This document shows, piece after piece, positions 26,050-35,895 of a stretch of DNA of 47,433 bases; position 1 is the first letter of the stretch; each line of letters opens with the position of its first letter. Below the pieces are notes generated by a model. The model saw nothing but the letters and a program-made list of their open reading frames with translations. It made no database searches and was not told the origin of the DNA. Source of the stretch: a virus (taxonomy: Duplodnaviria > Caudoviricetes); the IMG/VR virus record IMGVR_UViG_3300015050_000778, positions 1 to 47,433 of that record; one strand, written 5' to 3'. Position numbers and translations under genes: made by a program.

Positions 26050-27664
26050 CTCCCTGATCGTCACGCTAGGGCTCGACTCGAAAGACTTCAAAAAGGGGTC
26101 TAAAGATGCCGAAGCTGACTTTAAACGCACAAAAACTACTGCCGCCAAGACCGGCAAGGATATTGAACAGGCCGGTAAGCAGGGCGCCGAGTTTTTCAAC
26201 CAGCTCAGCAAATCCGCAATCAAGTTCTTTTCCGTCCTGACGGTTGGCCGGGGTATAGGCGATTTCGTCAGCAACGTCATAAATGGCGGGGCTCAGCTTG
26301 ATCGCATGTCCACCCGCGTGAATGAGTCTGCTGCTAACCTATCGCGCTGGCAAGGTGCCGTAAAGCAGTCAGGCGGCACCGCAGAGGGCTTCTTGGCCAC
26401 GGTGCAGGGCATCAGCAACCAAATGACCCAGCTTCAGCTTACGGGCGATGCCCCGATGGTGATGCTGTTGCAAAAACTTGGCGTGAGCGCTGTAGAGGCT
26501 GACGGCAAAGCAAAACCAATTCTCAAGCTGATCCGGGATATTGGCGATTCCCTGGATGACAAGCAGTGGGCGAATGCTGACAAGTTCAATCAATTGCTTG
26601 CGGCTGGTTTTGATGAGGGGACGATAAACCTGCTCATGCGCGGCCGACAAGAGCGCGAGAAGATGCTGGCCTCACAACGGGAATACAGCGACGCCGACGC
26701 CAAGGCTGCACGCGAGGCATCCGAACGGTGGGAGCTTGCCAAGCAGCGCATAGAGAAGCTGACTCAAACGCTGGTATTTAAATTGCTTCCTGCGTTTGAG
26801 AAAGTATTAGATGTTATAGGACAGCTTGGGGACGCTACCGTCCCTCTTTTGTCAAAGAGCATTGAAGGCTGGGGGATGATTTTCGACATTACCAAAAATT
26901 GGGTTGAGACGCTTTTGAAGGCGGTCAATGTTTTGGAGAAAATCACCGGGATAGATATTGGCGGGAAGATCAAAAAAGGTCTATCCAATGTTCCTTTGTT
27001 TAAGGCTGCGTCTTTATTCGGAGATGATAGTGAAGCGCCTGGGGCTAATGCAAAATCCAGCGCACCAGCTAGCCGTATGGCATCTGGGAAACTCAGTGGC
27101 GAATCTGCGCCGGTTTCCTATGACATGGCGAACAAATTGGCGGCGGCTGATAAAGCGGCAGGATTACCTCCAGGAACGATGGCATCTATCATGAAGCAGG
27201 AAGTCGGGGACGGAAAGGCATATCTGGATGATCCGTCTAAATACCATTATGAAAAAGACGCCGAAGGTAAGCGTAAGTCATCGGCTTTCGGACCGTTCGG
27301 AATTCTGGAATCTACCGGGAAGAAACCCGGTTATGGGGTTGACCCACTGAAAGACAAATCACTGGACGAACAAATTCGCTTCGCCTCTCAGTACGCAGCG
27401 GCTCGCATTAAAGCATCCGGTAGCGTTGCGGGTGGCCTAGCTGGTTATGGCGAGGGTTCCAAGTATGCCGATCAGGTCACGTCGCGGCTACCCGGTGGCG
27501 TCATGTCGGGCCTTCCCGCCGCTGGTGCTGGCAGGCAAAACTCTCAAGGCCAAAGCATCTCAATCGGGGAGGTCAAGGTTTACACTCAAGCAACCGATGC
27601 GGACGGAATCGCCCGTGATATGAATTCGGCCATTGTTCGCCAAGCCGATGCTGGTATGAGGTAA
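26033..27664 (+). CDS. Tape measure protein with a C-terminal lytic transglycosylase-like domain
   Basis: MATVIDSLIVTLGLD start; helical Ala-rich body; GLPPG...IMKQE...SSAFGPFG...LAGY. Confidence 0.85.
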   Translation: MATVIDSLIVTLGLDSKDFKKGSKDAEADFKRTKTTAAKTGKDIEQAGKQGAEFFNQLSKSAIKFFSVLTVGRGIGDFVSNVINGGAQLDRMSTRVNESAANLSRWQGAVKQSGGTAEGFLATVQGISNQMTQLQLTGDAPMVMLLQKLGVSAVEADGKAKPILKLIRDIGDSLDDKQWANADKFNQLLAAGFDEGTINLLMRGRQEREKMLASQREYSDADAKAAREASERWELAKQRIEKLTQTLVFKLLPAFEKVLDVIGQLGDATVPLLSKSIEGWGMIFDITKNWVETLLKAVNVLEKITGIDIGGKIKKGLSNVPLFKAASLFGDDSEAPGANAKSSAPASRMASGKLSGESAPVSYDMANKLAAADKAAGLPPGTMASIMKQEVGDGKAYLDDPSKYHYEKDAEGKRKSSAFGPFGILESTGKKPGYGVDPLKDKSLDEQIRFASQYAAARIKASGSVAGGLAGYGEGSKYADQVTSRLPGGVMSGLPAAGAGRQNSQGQSISIGEVKVYTQATDADGIARDMNSAIVRQADAGMR

Positions 27665-27668
27665 TCTG

Positions 27669-28265
27669 ATGTTCGGTATTCCACAACTCTTAAATAAATT
27701 ACCTAGGGCGGTAGGATTTACCCTGCTCGGCAATCTGGCGAGTGGGATAGTCGATTTTCTGTTCCCGGCTCCGACATGGGGCATTTATAAAAAAGGCACG
27801 ACGACGCCAGCCTTTGACGTAAGCAGCGTGGCCGAACTGTCCATTGGGGGAGAATCAAACGTCAGCGACTATCCGATAGAAGACGGTACTTTCACCACCT
27901 ATAACAAGGTTTTGATGCCGAACATCTTCCCTATCGTCATGACGCGGGATGGATCACAGGCAGAGCGCACGGCTTTTTTGAATTGGCTGCAAGTCACTGT
28001 TGGGAGCTTTGAGCTTTTCGATGTTCTTTGCCCGGAGCGCACTTACAGGAACGTCACACTCAAGTCTTACCGCATCTCGCGCAGCAGCAGTTCAGGCGCG
28101 GCAATGATCATCGCCAATTGCATTTTTCAGGAGATTAGGCAGATTCCCGCTGTTTACTCCAGTTCCAGCACGCCTAACCCTGAAAACCAGCCGGCGACAC
28201 CAACGGCCAGGACTCACCCAGTGCCAGATCAAAACGTCCAGGGTACGCCCTTGCCGCCGCTATAG
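27669..28265 (+). CDS. Baseplate/distal tail protein
   Basis: SDYPIEDG.F..YNKV..P, F.EIR. Confidence 0.8.
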   Translation: MFGIPQLLNKLPRAVGFTLLGNLASGIVDFLFPAPTWGIYKKGTTTPAFDVSSVAELSIGGESNVSDYPIEDGTFTTYNKVLMPNIFPIVMTRDGSQAERTAFLNWLQVTVGSFELFDVLCPERTYRNVTLKSYRISRSSSSGAAMIIANCIFQEIRQIPAVYSSSSTPNPENQPATPTARTHPVPDQNVQGTPLPPL

Positions 28266-28273
28266 GGGTTGCC

Positions 28274-28573
28274 GTGGCAGTTTTTACCATTCCCCTTACG
28301 CAAGTCCCTTCACAGTCAGTCAATGTGCTGCTGGAGGGTCAGCCCTGCACAATTGAGCTTCGCTTGATGGGCGGTCGGCAGTATTTCGGCCTTTCTGTGA
28401 ACGGCACCGTTATTTGCAGAAATGTCCTTTTGGTCAATGCATCTCGCATCGTGCGGGCAAAATACACAGGGTTTATTGGTGACTTTTTCGTCATCGACAC
28501 CCAGGGCGACGAACCGCCGCAATACACCGGATGGGGGACGCGATGGCTTCTAGCTTTCAGCAGCGACGCATAA
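28274..28573 (+). CDS. Baseplate small protein
   Basis: IPL..VPSQ, Y.GF.GD...IDTQG...P...G.G.R. Confidence 0.8.
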   Translation: MAVFTIPLTQVPSQSVNVLLEGQPCTIELRLMGGRQYFGLSVNGTVICRNVLLVNASRIVRAKYTGFIGDFFVIDTQGDEPPQYTGWGTRWLLAFSSDA

Positions 28574-29442
28574 GGCTCACGTTCCAGCTTGCAACGGGCA
28601 CCTTTGCGAAAGCTGGCGACCCTGACACCATCACCCTTGAAGGATTCCGCTCCAAGGTCGAGATTCACTCGCCTGGGGGCTATGAGTACGCACAGTGCAA
28701 AGTGCGCGTGTATGGAATCGATAAAGTAGTGATGGACCGAATGACGGTCATTAATTATCAAAATCTTGACTTCATGCGCAATACGCTCCGGGTCGAGGCG
28801 ACTGATGCAAATGGCTTATTCAGCACGATTTTCCTAGGCGAGATTTTCCAGTCATTCCCTGAATATGGGGCGGCTCCAGATGTACCGTTTACCGCAGAGG
28901 CCAGGTCGGGCATTGTCGGCTCTCTTGCGCCGGCTCCAGCCACATCCTACCCAGGCCCGCAAAAAGTCAGTGTGATGATGGCTGAACTGGCGAAGGAATT
29001 GAACCTCACGCTTGAAAACAATGGCGTAGAGTCGACTTTGACCGACCAGTATATGGGTGGAACACCGCTGCAAAAGGTGCAGCGCATCGCATCTGCTGCC
29101 CGCATCCAGTATTGGTATTTGCCCGATCAAGGGGTATTGGCCATTGCCCCCATGGGCTCGCCTAGGCAATCTACACCAGTGACCTATAACATTGATAGGG
29201 GCTTGGTGGGCTGGCCTGTCAAACTCCACGTCGGAATCGCCTTTACGGCCTTGTTTGTTCCACAGGTCTTCATCGGCTGCAAGATTCTCATGCAATCCAG
29301 CGTTCCCGCGTGTAATGGGGAGTGGTACATCATCGGGCTATCGCACCGACTGGATGCCATGGCTCCGGGCGGCGCATGGTTCACCGACTTTAAGGCTACC
29401 CCTGTGAGCCTTGCCATATCCCCGGGGATCGCGCTGCGGTGA
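28543..29442 (+). CDS. Baseplate hub protein
   Basis: Synteny; APDV, ENNGV, GL.G.P, NG.W, GG.WF. Confidence 0.8.
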   Translation: MASSFQQRRIRLTFQLATGTFAKAGDPDTITLEGFRSKVEIHSPGGYEYAQCKVRVYGIDKVVMDRMTVINYQNLDFMRNTLRVEATDANGLFSTIFLGEIFQSFPEYGAAPDVPFTAEARSGIVGSLAPAPATSYPGPQKVSVMMAELAKELNLTLENNGVESTLTDQYMGGTPLQKVQRIASAARIQYWYLPDQGVLAIAPMGSPRQSTPVTYNIDRGLVGWPVKLHVGIAFTALFVPQVFIGCKILMQSSVPACNGEWYIIGLSHRLDAMAPGGAWFTDFKATPVSLAISPGIALR

Positions 29443-29446
29443 TCAA

Positions 29447-30133
29447 ATGACCACGGATACCACCCTTTATTACGGACAGACCGACCCGACCACCAGCGAC
29501 GGTGAGTGGAATAAGCTGCGCTTTGCTATCAACCAGCAGACTCTTGAGCTGAATACGAGCCTTCCCGTGCGCGTGCTGTCGGTGCAAGCCTCGGGCGTGG
29601 CTCCCGTGGGCTTTGTGAGCATTCAGATACTGGTCGATCAGGTCACGGGCAACGATATGACCGTAGCCCATGGTGAGATACCCAATGTTCCCTATATGCG
29701 CCTCCAGGGCGGTGCCAATGCGGTGATTATTGACCCACAAGTCGGGGATATCGGGCTTGCCTGCTTCGCCAGTCGGGATATTAGCGCCGTGAAGAACGCC
29801 AGGCAAGCCGCGCCACCGGGTAGCCGGCGCGCTCATGACTTCTCGGATGCTATGTATATCGGTGGCTTGCTCAATGCCGCCCCGACTCAGTACATCCATT
29901 TCACTGAAGGCGGGATAATCGTTCATAGCCCGTCCGCTGTCACAATTGAGGCTCCTGTCGCCAATATCATCGCCCCGACCATCAATTCAACCGGGAATTT
30001 GACGCACACCGGGAATGCCTCATTCATCGGGACAATGGAGAATAATGGGGTGAATATCGGTAGCGACCATGAGCACTTTGGATCGCCAACAGCTCCAGCC
30101 GGCCCAGTAAGCAATACCGGAACGCCAATTTAA
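29447..30133 (+). CDS. Baseplate central spike (Gp138-like)
   Basis: PY.RLQGG, DP.VGDIG...F..RDIS, R.HD.SD; C-terminal HxH. Confidence 0.85.
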   Translation: MTTDTTLYYGQTDPTTSDGEWNKLRFAINQQTLELNTSLPVRVLSVQASGVAPVGFVSIQILVDQVTGNDMTVAHGEIPNVPYMRLQGGANAVIIDPQVGDIGLACFASRDISAVKNARQAAPPGSRRAHDFSDAMYIGGLLNAAPTQYIHFTEGGIIVHSPSAVTIEAPVANIIAPTINSTGNLTHTGNASFIGTMENNGVNIGSDHEHFGSPTAPAGPVSNTGTPI

Positions 30134-30142
30134 GGGACTTCA

Positions 30143-30490
30143 ATGTCTAGCCTATACCTTGACCCCGATACTTGGGACTTAGATGTTGATGCATCCCGCA
30201 ACATCGCATTGGCGACCGACCAATATGCAACGGCTCAGACTGTGGCAAACGCTTGCCGCCTCTGGGCTGGTGAGGCTCCATTCAATGCCGAGCGGGGTAT
30301 TCCATACGAAACCGAGATACTCGGGAAACAGCCTCCACCAAGCCTTTTATCATCGTGGTATGAAACAGAAGCACATACCGTGCCTGGGGTTGCCTCTGTG
30401 GTCGCGGTGCTACAATTTGACCGCGTATCCCGTCAACTTGGCGGGCAAATTCAATGCACCCTCACCGATGGGACCGTAATCAATGTCTAA
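30143..30490 (+). CDS. Baseplate wedge protein
   Basis: WDL..D...NIA, GE..F....GIPY. Confidence 0.8.
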   Translation: MSSLYLDPDTWDLDVDASRNIALATDQYATAQTVANACRLWAGEAPFNAERGIPYETEILGKQPPPSLLSSWYETEAHTVPGVASVVAVLQFDRVSRQLGGQIQCTLTDGTVINV

Positions 30491-31694
30491 TGTTCCGGCG
30501 CTTCAAATCACGGCAGCGGGTGTAATTGCTCCGCAGGCTGTAGATATTCGCGCCGGGGTGCTGGCTGATGAAAACGAGGCATTCGGCGGTGAGTTGGATA
30601 TTGTCACGCCATCAACTCCTCAAGCCAGACTCGCCGATCAGTTAACGTCCAACATCCTTGATGCCAATGCCGAGGTGGCCGAAGTTCTGGCGATGGTTGA
30701 CCCGGCAACGTCTGAGGGCCGCTGGCAGGACGCAATCGGTCGTATTTACTTCCAGTCCAGAAACGGCGCAACGGCTAGCGTGGTGGCCGCTGATTGCGTT
30801 GGACAGCCTGGCGTGACGTTGCCCGCTGGCGCGCTGGCTGAAGACGACGATAACAATATCTGGCAGTCCACAGGCGCGGCGGTGTTCTCGCCTGGTGGCA
30901 CAGCAACAGTTCAATTCGCCTGTCTAGTGCTCGGGCCTATTGAGTTGGGAATCGGAGCACTCACCAAGATCGCCCAGACCTCTCCGGGCTGGGATGCGAT
31001 CACCAATCTTGCGCCGGCCACCGTAGGTAGTGCCACGGAAACCAGAACGGCGTTTGAGATTCGCCGACAGGAAAGCGTTGCCAAGAATGGACGGGGCACC
31101 CCCCCAGCCATCCGTTCGGCTGTTTGGGATGTTGCTAACGTGCTGGATGTTTTTGTCTATGACAACTTCACCAATGCGGTAATAAACTACGGTTCTACCA
31201 ATTACCCGCTTGCGCCACATAGCATCTATGTCGGCGTGGTTGGTGGGATTGATCAGGATATCGCAAACGCCATCTGGACAAAAAAGGACAACGGTTGCGA
31301 CATGAACGGGAATACCACGGTAGTCGTTCAAGACACCGAGGGTTACGACTATCCTTATCCTGAATACAACATCAAGTTCAATCGTCCAACCGCGCTACCA
31401 ATCCTGTTCGCAGTTCAGCTAAAAAACAATACGGCATTGCCTTCAAACATCGTTGACTTGACTAAAGCCGCAATCATTGCGACGTTCACGGGGGCCAATG
31501 GCGCTCAGCGCGCCCGCATGGGAGGGCTAATTTTTGCCTCAAACTTTTACGCAGCAGTTGCCTCTCTGGGTGCCTTTGTGTCGATTATTTCAATCAAGAT
31601 TGGGACCGTAACGGCGACCCTTGATCAGGTAGCGGTCGGTATTGACCAAACCCCAACAATTGACCCGGCAGATATTGCCGTGACATTGGTATGA
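30483..31694 (+). CDS. Baseplate J-like protein
   Basis: TPQ..LA, DP....G..QD.IG.IYF, G...ET...F..RR..SV. Confidence 0.88.
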   Translation: MSNVPALQITAAGVIAPQAVDIRAGVLADENEAFGGELDIVTPSTPQARLADQLTSNILDANAEVAEVLAMVDPATSEGRWQDAIGRIYFQSRNGATASVVAADCVGQPGVTLPAGALAEDDDNNIWQSTGAAVFSPGGTATVQFACLVLGPIELGIGALTKIAQTSPGWDAITNLAPATVGSATETRTAFEIRRQESVAKNGRGTPPAIRSAVWDVANVLDVFVYDNFTNAVINYGSTNYPLAPHSIYVGVVGGIDQDIANAIWTKKDNGCDMNGNTTVVVQDTEGYDYPYPEYNIKFNRPTALPILFAVQLKNNTALPSNIVDLTKAAIIATFTGANGAQRARMGGLIFASNFYAAVASLGAFVSIISIKIGTVTATLDQVAVGIDQTPTIDPADIAVTLV

Positions 31695-32326
31695 AGCAGT
31701 ACGCCGCATCACCAATAATCAATAAACTGATCGATGACCGACGCGGGTATTTCATCACCGGTTGGCAAGATCAGTTCTATAGCGTCGTTTGGAATGTAGA
31801 TACGGCCCAAGGGTTCGGCCTGGACATTTGGGGCCGCATTGTCGTCATAGGTCGGCAGCTTCAAATTCCAAATACTGAGTATTTTGGATTCAGTACTGGA
31901 GTGTCACCTGAATCTTGGAATCCGTTTGACCAAGAATCTTTTTGGTCTGGCGGTGGAGATACGCAATCATTCACGCTTGCAGACCCGGCCTATCGGGTTT
32001 TGATTCTTGCTAAGGCGCTTTCCAATATTTCAGCAACTGATAGCCAGTCTCTGAATAACGTGCTGCAACAGCTTTTTCCTGGACGCGGGCGCGCATGGGT
32101 GAATGATCTGGGCAGCATGGCCATGCGGTTTGTGTTTGAGTTCGACCTAGAGCCGTGGGAAGTGGCGGTGCTTACAAACGGCAATGTCATGCCTAGGCCG
32201 GCCGGCGTATTGGCATACATTTTCCAGGCGCCACTAGAAACATTCGGATTTTCAGAAGCTGGCGATGGCCTGCCTTTTGACGATGGTACATTTTTGAGCG
32301 AAGGAGCAATTTCCAATGTCACTTAG
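31691..32326 (+). CDS. Baseplate wedge (DUF2612-like)
   Basis: QYA.SP, DTA.G.GLD.WGRIV, KA..NI, PRPAGV. Confidence 0.85.
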   Translation: MKQYAASPIINKLIDDRRGYFITGWQDQFYSVVWNVDTAQGFGLDIWGRIVVIGRQLQIPNTEYFGFSTGVSPESWNPFDQESFWSGGGDTQSFTLADPAYRVLILAKALSNISATDSQSLNNVLQQLFPGRGRAWVNDLGSMAMRFVFEFDLEPWEVAVLTNGNVMPRPAGVLAYIFQAPLETFGFSEAGDGLPFDDGTFLSEGAISNVT

Positions 32327-33797
32327 TATCCCAACACAAATAGCCGTCCCATTTGCCGATACTGGCTTGAAAGTTACGATCCCTGCAACGTCAAATAACG
32401 TCACGGGTCGAGCTGGGTACAACCAAGGATTTCCGGCCATCAATATGACGCCAAAGGTGGCGGGAGGCATTCCTCCGTTCGGGACTGACATGAACGGCGT
32501 TCTTTACGATGCCTTTGTGGCCATCCAATATTTGGAAGCCGGCAATGGGTATGTGTACAACTCGACGTTTTCAACGGCCATCGGTGGGTACAGGCCTGGC
32601 GCCCTAGTTCTTCGAACGGATGGCCTCGGCTATTGGATTAACACTATTAATGCGAATGCCGTAGATCCGGAATCCGCTGGCGCAGCCGCTGCTGGCTGGG
32701 TGCCTGGTTATACCAATGGGCAGACTTCCGTCACGATGACGAATGCTAACGTCACACTAACGCCATTGCAATACGGGAAGCCGGTCATCGTCATAACTGG
32801 GCTTCTGACTGCAAATTTGAACCTCATTTTCCCGCCGATTTCAGCTCAGTGGTCGGTGTTCAACAACACCACCGGGGCATTCACAATCACATGCAAAACA
32901 GCGGCTGGGACTGGATCTGTTGTCACACAGGGCGGCGGTGAGTATTACTCCGGCAATGGAACAAACCTTGTGCCTGCAGTCGTTAGCACTCAAGCCATCG
33001 GAGATAACAGCCAGAAACCTGCCAGCACTGCGTATGCGGACCGGGCGGGGGCTGGCGGTGCGTCTGGTAATTGTTACCTGACTAAATCAGGAGCAAATCT
33101 TTTGTTGTCTCCAAAGAATGGCAACCGGCTGACGGTCAATGGTGTCAATTGCTCAGTTCCATCTGCTGGCGTCAGTCTTGCTCCCACGGGGTTACTGGCC
33201 ACAACGCTGTATTATGTCTATGCTGTGGCAACGGCGGGCATCATCACCAGCCTGGAAGCCAGCACCACCGGGCATAGTACGGACGCAACTACCGGCGTTG
33301 AAATCAAAACCGGCGATGCTACCCGTACTTTTGTTGGCATGTCTTACGTGCAGGTTGCTGCCACGTGGTCAACCGTTCCAACACTTACCGCGTCATGGTT
33401 CAACCGCCGCCGTAAGACAACCACGGCGGCATTCTCCGCAAATCGGGTTTTGAATTTCAGCGGGTCTACTTCTGAAGTGCATTCAGAGATTCGATGCCCT
33501 TTCGTTACCTTCGGGGACGAGCCGCCCCAAGTCTCGATAACCGGCGCAGCCGTTGTCAGCACGTCTACCTCCTTCACTGTGGGGTTTGCCAGCCTTGACG
33601 GTGTGACAGCCGGCACGTCGTTTTTTGGAACTACGGTCCAAGTCCAGGCGAGCATTGCTGTTAATGAAAATAATTTTGCCGCGACGGAAGGGTTTCACTA
33701 TTCCACGCTTTTCGCGAATTGTGCGAACGCGGGTAATTGCACCTTCATAGGCGGCGCTAACGGCCAAATATCTCAACAGGTAGTTATAAACGGGTAA
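32316..33797 (+). CDS. Tail fibre protein
   Basis: GFP...M.P...GG.PP.G.DMNG.L N-terminus; Thr/Gly/Ala-rich body. Confidence 0.85.
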   Translation: MSLSIPTQIAVPFADTGLKVTIPATSNNVTGRAGYNQGFPAINMTPKVAGGIPPFGTDMNGVLYDAFVAIQYLEAGNGYVYNSTFSTAIGGYRPGALVLRTDGLGYWINTINANAVDPESAGAAAAGWVPGYTNGQTSVTMTNANVTLTPLQYGKPVIVITGLLTANLNLIFPPISAQWSVFNNTTGAFTITCKTAAGTGSVVTQGGGEYYSGNGTNLVPAVVSTQAIGDNSQKPASTAYADRAGAGGASGNCYLTKSGANLLLSPKNGNRLTVNGVNCSVPSAGVSLAPTGLLATTLYYVYAVATAGIITSLEASTTGHSTDATTGVEIKTGDATRTFVGMSYVQVAATWSTVPTLTASWFNRRRKTTTAAFSANRVLNFSGSTSEVHSEIRCPFVTFGDEPPQVSITGAAVVSTSTSFTVGFASLDGVTAGTSFFGTTVQVQASIAVNENNFAATEGFHYSTLFANCANAGNCTFIGGANGQISQQVVING

Positions 33798-33801
33798 CAC
33801 G

Positions 33802-34647
33802 ATGCCAACAATTATTTTGAAACGTTTTCTGGGGGAGCATTCTTTCCCTGTTGCCACCTCTGCCGTGCCGGTGACACCACCCAGCGCCCCAGTGTCAACG
33901 TCTTTTTTGATGCCTCCAGGAAACTACCACCTTGGGGCCATTGGCCCGCACGCCTGTTTTGACGAGGGGTACTACCGATGGTGGGTAGGCAGCGTTAGCG
34001 CGGTCCGCATCATCTACGCGGGCGACGTTTACAAGCTCATGTCGTCCCTCGCGTGGGCGCGGGTAGATGGCGCTGCTGATGAGTCGGCAACCAACAGCCA
34101 GCTCACCTACAAAGCCACGGCGTCCAAGCTATCAATGCTTTGCGGAAGGACGGCGACCTGGGTGAAGTCAATTCTTGACGGGCTGGGCATCCAAAACCGC
34201 ATTGTTAATTGTCTGACGGCTGGGACGCCAAACACGTACTATAACGGCCACGTTATGAATGAGGTGAAAATCGGCGGTAACTGGGTGCTGTTTGACCTGC
34301 CGGACAAATGCACGTTTGGCGATTTGTCTTTGCGCGATGCACTGCCCGTCCTGCCGGCAACGCCGCGCACAAAAATAGCGGCTGGCAGCTACTACGCCGC
34401 CGAGCCGTCTGTTGGTTTTGAGGTGCTGGCGTGGCATGAAAATACCAAGCTGACTCTTGCGGACCAAAACGCGGAGATTGAGCGGGTACTGCAAATCCCG
34501 GGCGTGACGCACACGGATGGGAAGGTTTACTTTTGTATCCCTCCCGGCATTACCGATACCCCGGCTTTGAGAGAGTGGATATTGGTGCAGGCTACCAACT
34601 ACCGCGTACTTGAAAAGGCCGCTTGGGACTTGATGTTTTATCCTTAA
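33802..34647 (+). CDS. Transglutaminase-like domain protein
   Basis: C(GRTA)...L..LGI..R.V...GH..NEV....W..FD, a Cys-His-Asp pattern. Confidence 0.6.
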   Translation: MPTIILKRFLGEHSFPVATSAVPVTPPSAPVSTSFLMPPGNYHLGAIGPHACFDEGYYRWWVGSVSAVRIIYAGDVYKLMSSLAWARVDGAADESATNSQLTYKATASKLSMLCGRTATWVKSILDGLGIQNRIVNCLTAGTPNTYYNGHVMNEVKIGGNWVLFDLPDKCTFGDLSLRDALPVLPATPRTKIAAGSYYAAEPSVGFEVLAWHENTKLTLADQNAEIERVLQIPGVTHTDGKVYFCIPPGITDTPALREWILVQATNYRVLEKAAWDLMFYP

Positions 34648-34679
34648 AGAAACCGTTTCTCTCGTAATAAGGCACCACC

Positions 34680-35006
34680 ATGGACTTTCCGCCTGATCTT
34701 GGCAAGCAGCTTGCAGGGCCTGCGGGCTCCGCTGTTGCCCTCTTTTTCCTTAAAGGGACATGGCGTACCTATGCTGGGTCTTTCCTGGGTGGGTGGGCCA
34801 TGGCGCGCTATATTGCCCCCGTGGTTAATGACACGTTCCCAAAGTTGGGTCCGGAAACTTCGGGTTTCCTTGTAGGACTGTTCGGTGTTGTAGTCGTCAA
34901 GAAACTTTTCGATACGTGGGTGGAGTTTGACGCGGGCACAATTCTTAAAGCCTTCGTGCGTCGCACGCTCAGGCTGGATGAACCCTCAAAGGACAAACCC
35001 CTATGA
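34680..35006 (+). CDS. Putative holin
   Basis: Two to three hydrophobic segments, charged C-terminus, upstream of the endolysin. Confidence 0.7.
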   Translation: MDFPPDLGKQLAGPAGSAVALFFLKGTWRTYAGSFLGGWAMARYIAPVVNDTFPKLGPETSGFLVGLFGVVVVKKLFDTWVEFDAGTILKAFVRRTLRLDEPSKDKPL

Positions 35007-35269
35007 ATGCGTCAATCGGACTCATTGTTTTAGCGGCTTTATTGCTGCTATGCCTTCTTGGCCTCTGGAATGACAAATACAACGACAACTTGCTGCACTG
35101 CATTGGCATGAGCATTGTCGCCATGTGGGCAGTGGCAACGATTGCCAAGATCGTTTCTATCCGCTACGTTTCGGCGGATGACCTGTTTTTCTGGATAGGC
35201 GTCTTGTGCTTCGGCTCCGGAACGGCGGTGAGAACGTGGCTTTACAAGCGAAAACGTAATAGAGGGTAA
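35003..35269 (+). CDS. Putative holin/antiholin
   Basis: Three hydrophobic segments and a basic C-terminus. Confidence 0.65.
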   Translation: MNASIGLIVLAALLLLCLLGLWNDKYNDNLLHCIGMSIVAMWAVATIAKIVSIRYVSADDLFFWIGVLCFGSGTAVRTWLYKRKRNRG

Positions 35270-35271
35270 GC

Positions 35272-35895
35272 ATGTTCCCTACTACCTCAGAACAATGGCG
35301 TAAAGTGCTGATCGCGCTTGGCGTGAAGCAGTCCACAGCCACCCGCTGGGCTGAGCCTTTCGCTGAAGTCATCCGGCCCGACAAATTCAACTTGGGCGAA
35401 AGGGAGTTGGACGACTACCTCTCACAGATTCTGCATGAGAGCCGAAACCTTGAGTCTATGGTGGAGGATCTTAACTACAGCGCAGAACGCATGATGAAAG
35501 TGTGGCCTTCGAGATTCCCTACTTTGGAAAGCGCCAAGCCGTTTGAATACAAGCCGGAACTGTTGGCAGAGAAGGTCTACGGCGTGCGTAAAGACCTTGG
35601 CAATGACCAGCCAGGCGATGGGTGGGCGCACATCGGCATGGGGCTACCTCAGATAACAGGCAAGGCCAATTGGAATCGTGTGGCTGACTTGATGGGGCAG
35701 GATTACACCATGATGCGCTACCTGTTGACGCAACCCAGGTTCATTCTGGAGGCGTCTCTAGCATGGTGGGAAGACCGGATTAAAGACAGCGCGATTGACT
35801 TTCCTGACCGCGTTCGCAAGTTGGTGCAGGGTGGCGACTTGGGGCTGAAAGAGACGGCCATGCTTGCCGCTCGCGCCCGCCAGGCTCTGGCATGA
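35272..35895 (+). CDS. Endolysin, glycoside hydrolase family 19-like
   Basis: Q..HES, EDLNYSA, WP.RF, LGN...GDGW, G.G..QITG..N. Confidence 0.88.
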   Translation: MFPTTSEQWRKVLIALGVKQSTATRWAEPFAEVIRPDKFNLGERELDDYLSQILHESRNLESMVEDLNYSAERMMKVWPSRFPTLESAKPFEYKPELLAEKVYGVRKDLGNDQPGDGWAHIGMGLPQITGKANWNRVADLMGQDYTMMRYLLTQPRFILEASLAWWEDRIKDSAIDFPDRVRKLVQGGDLGLKETAMLAARARQALA

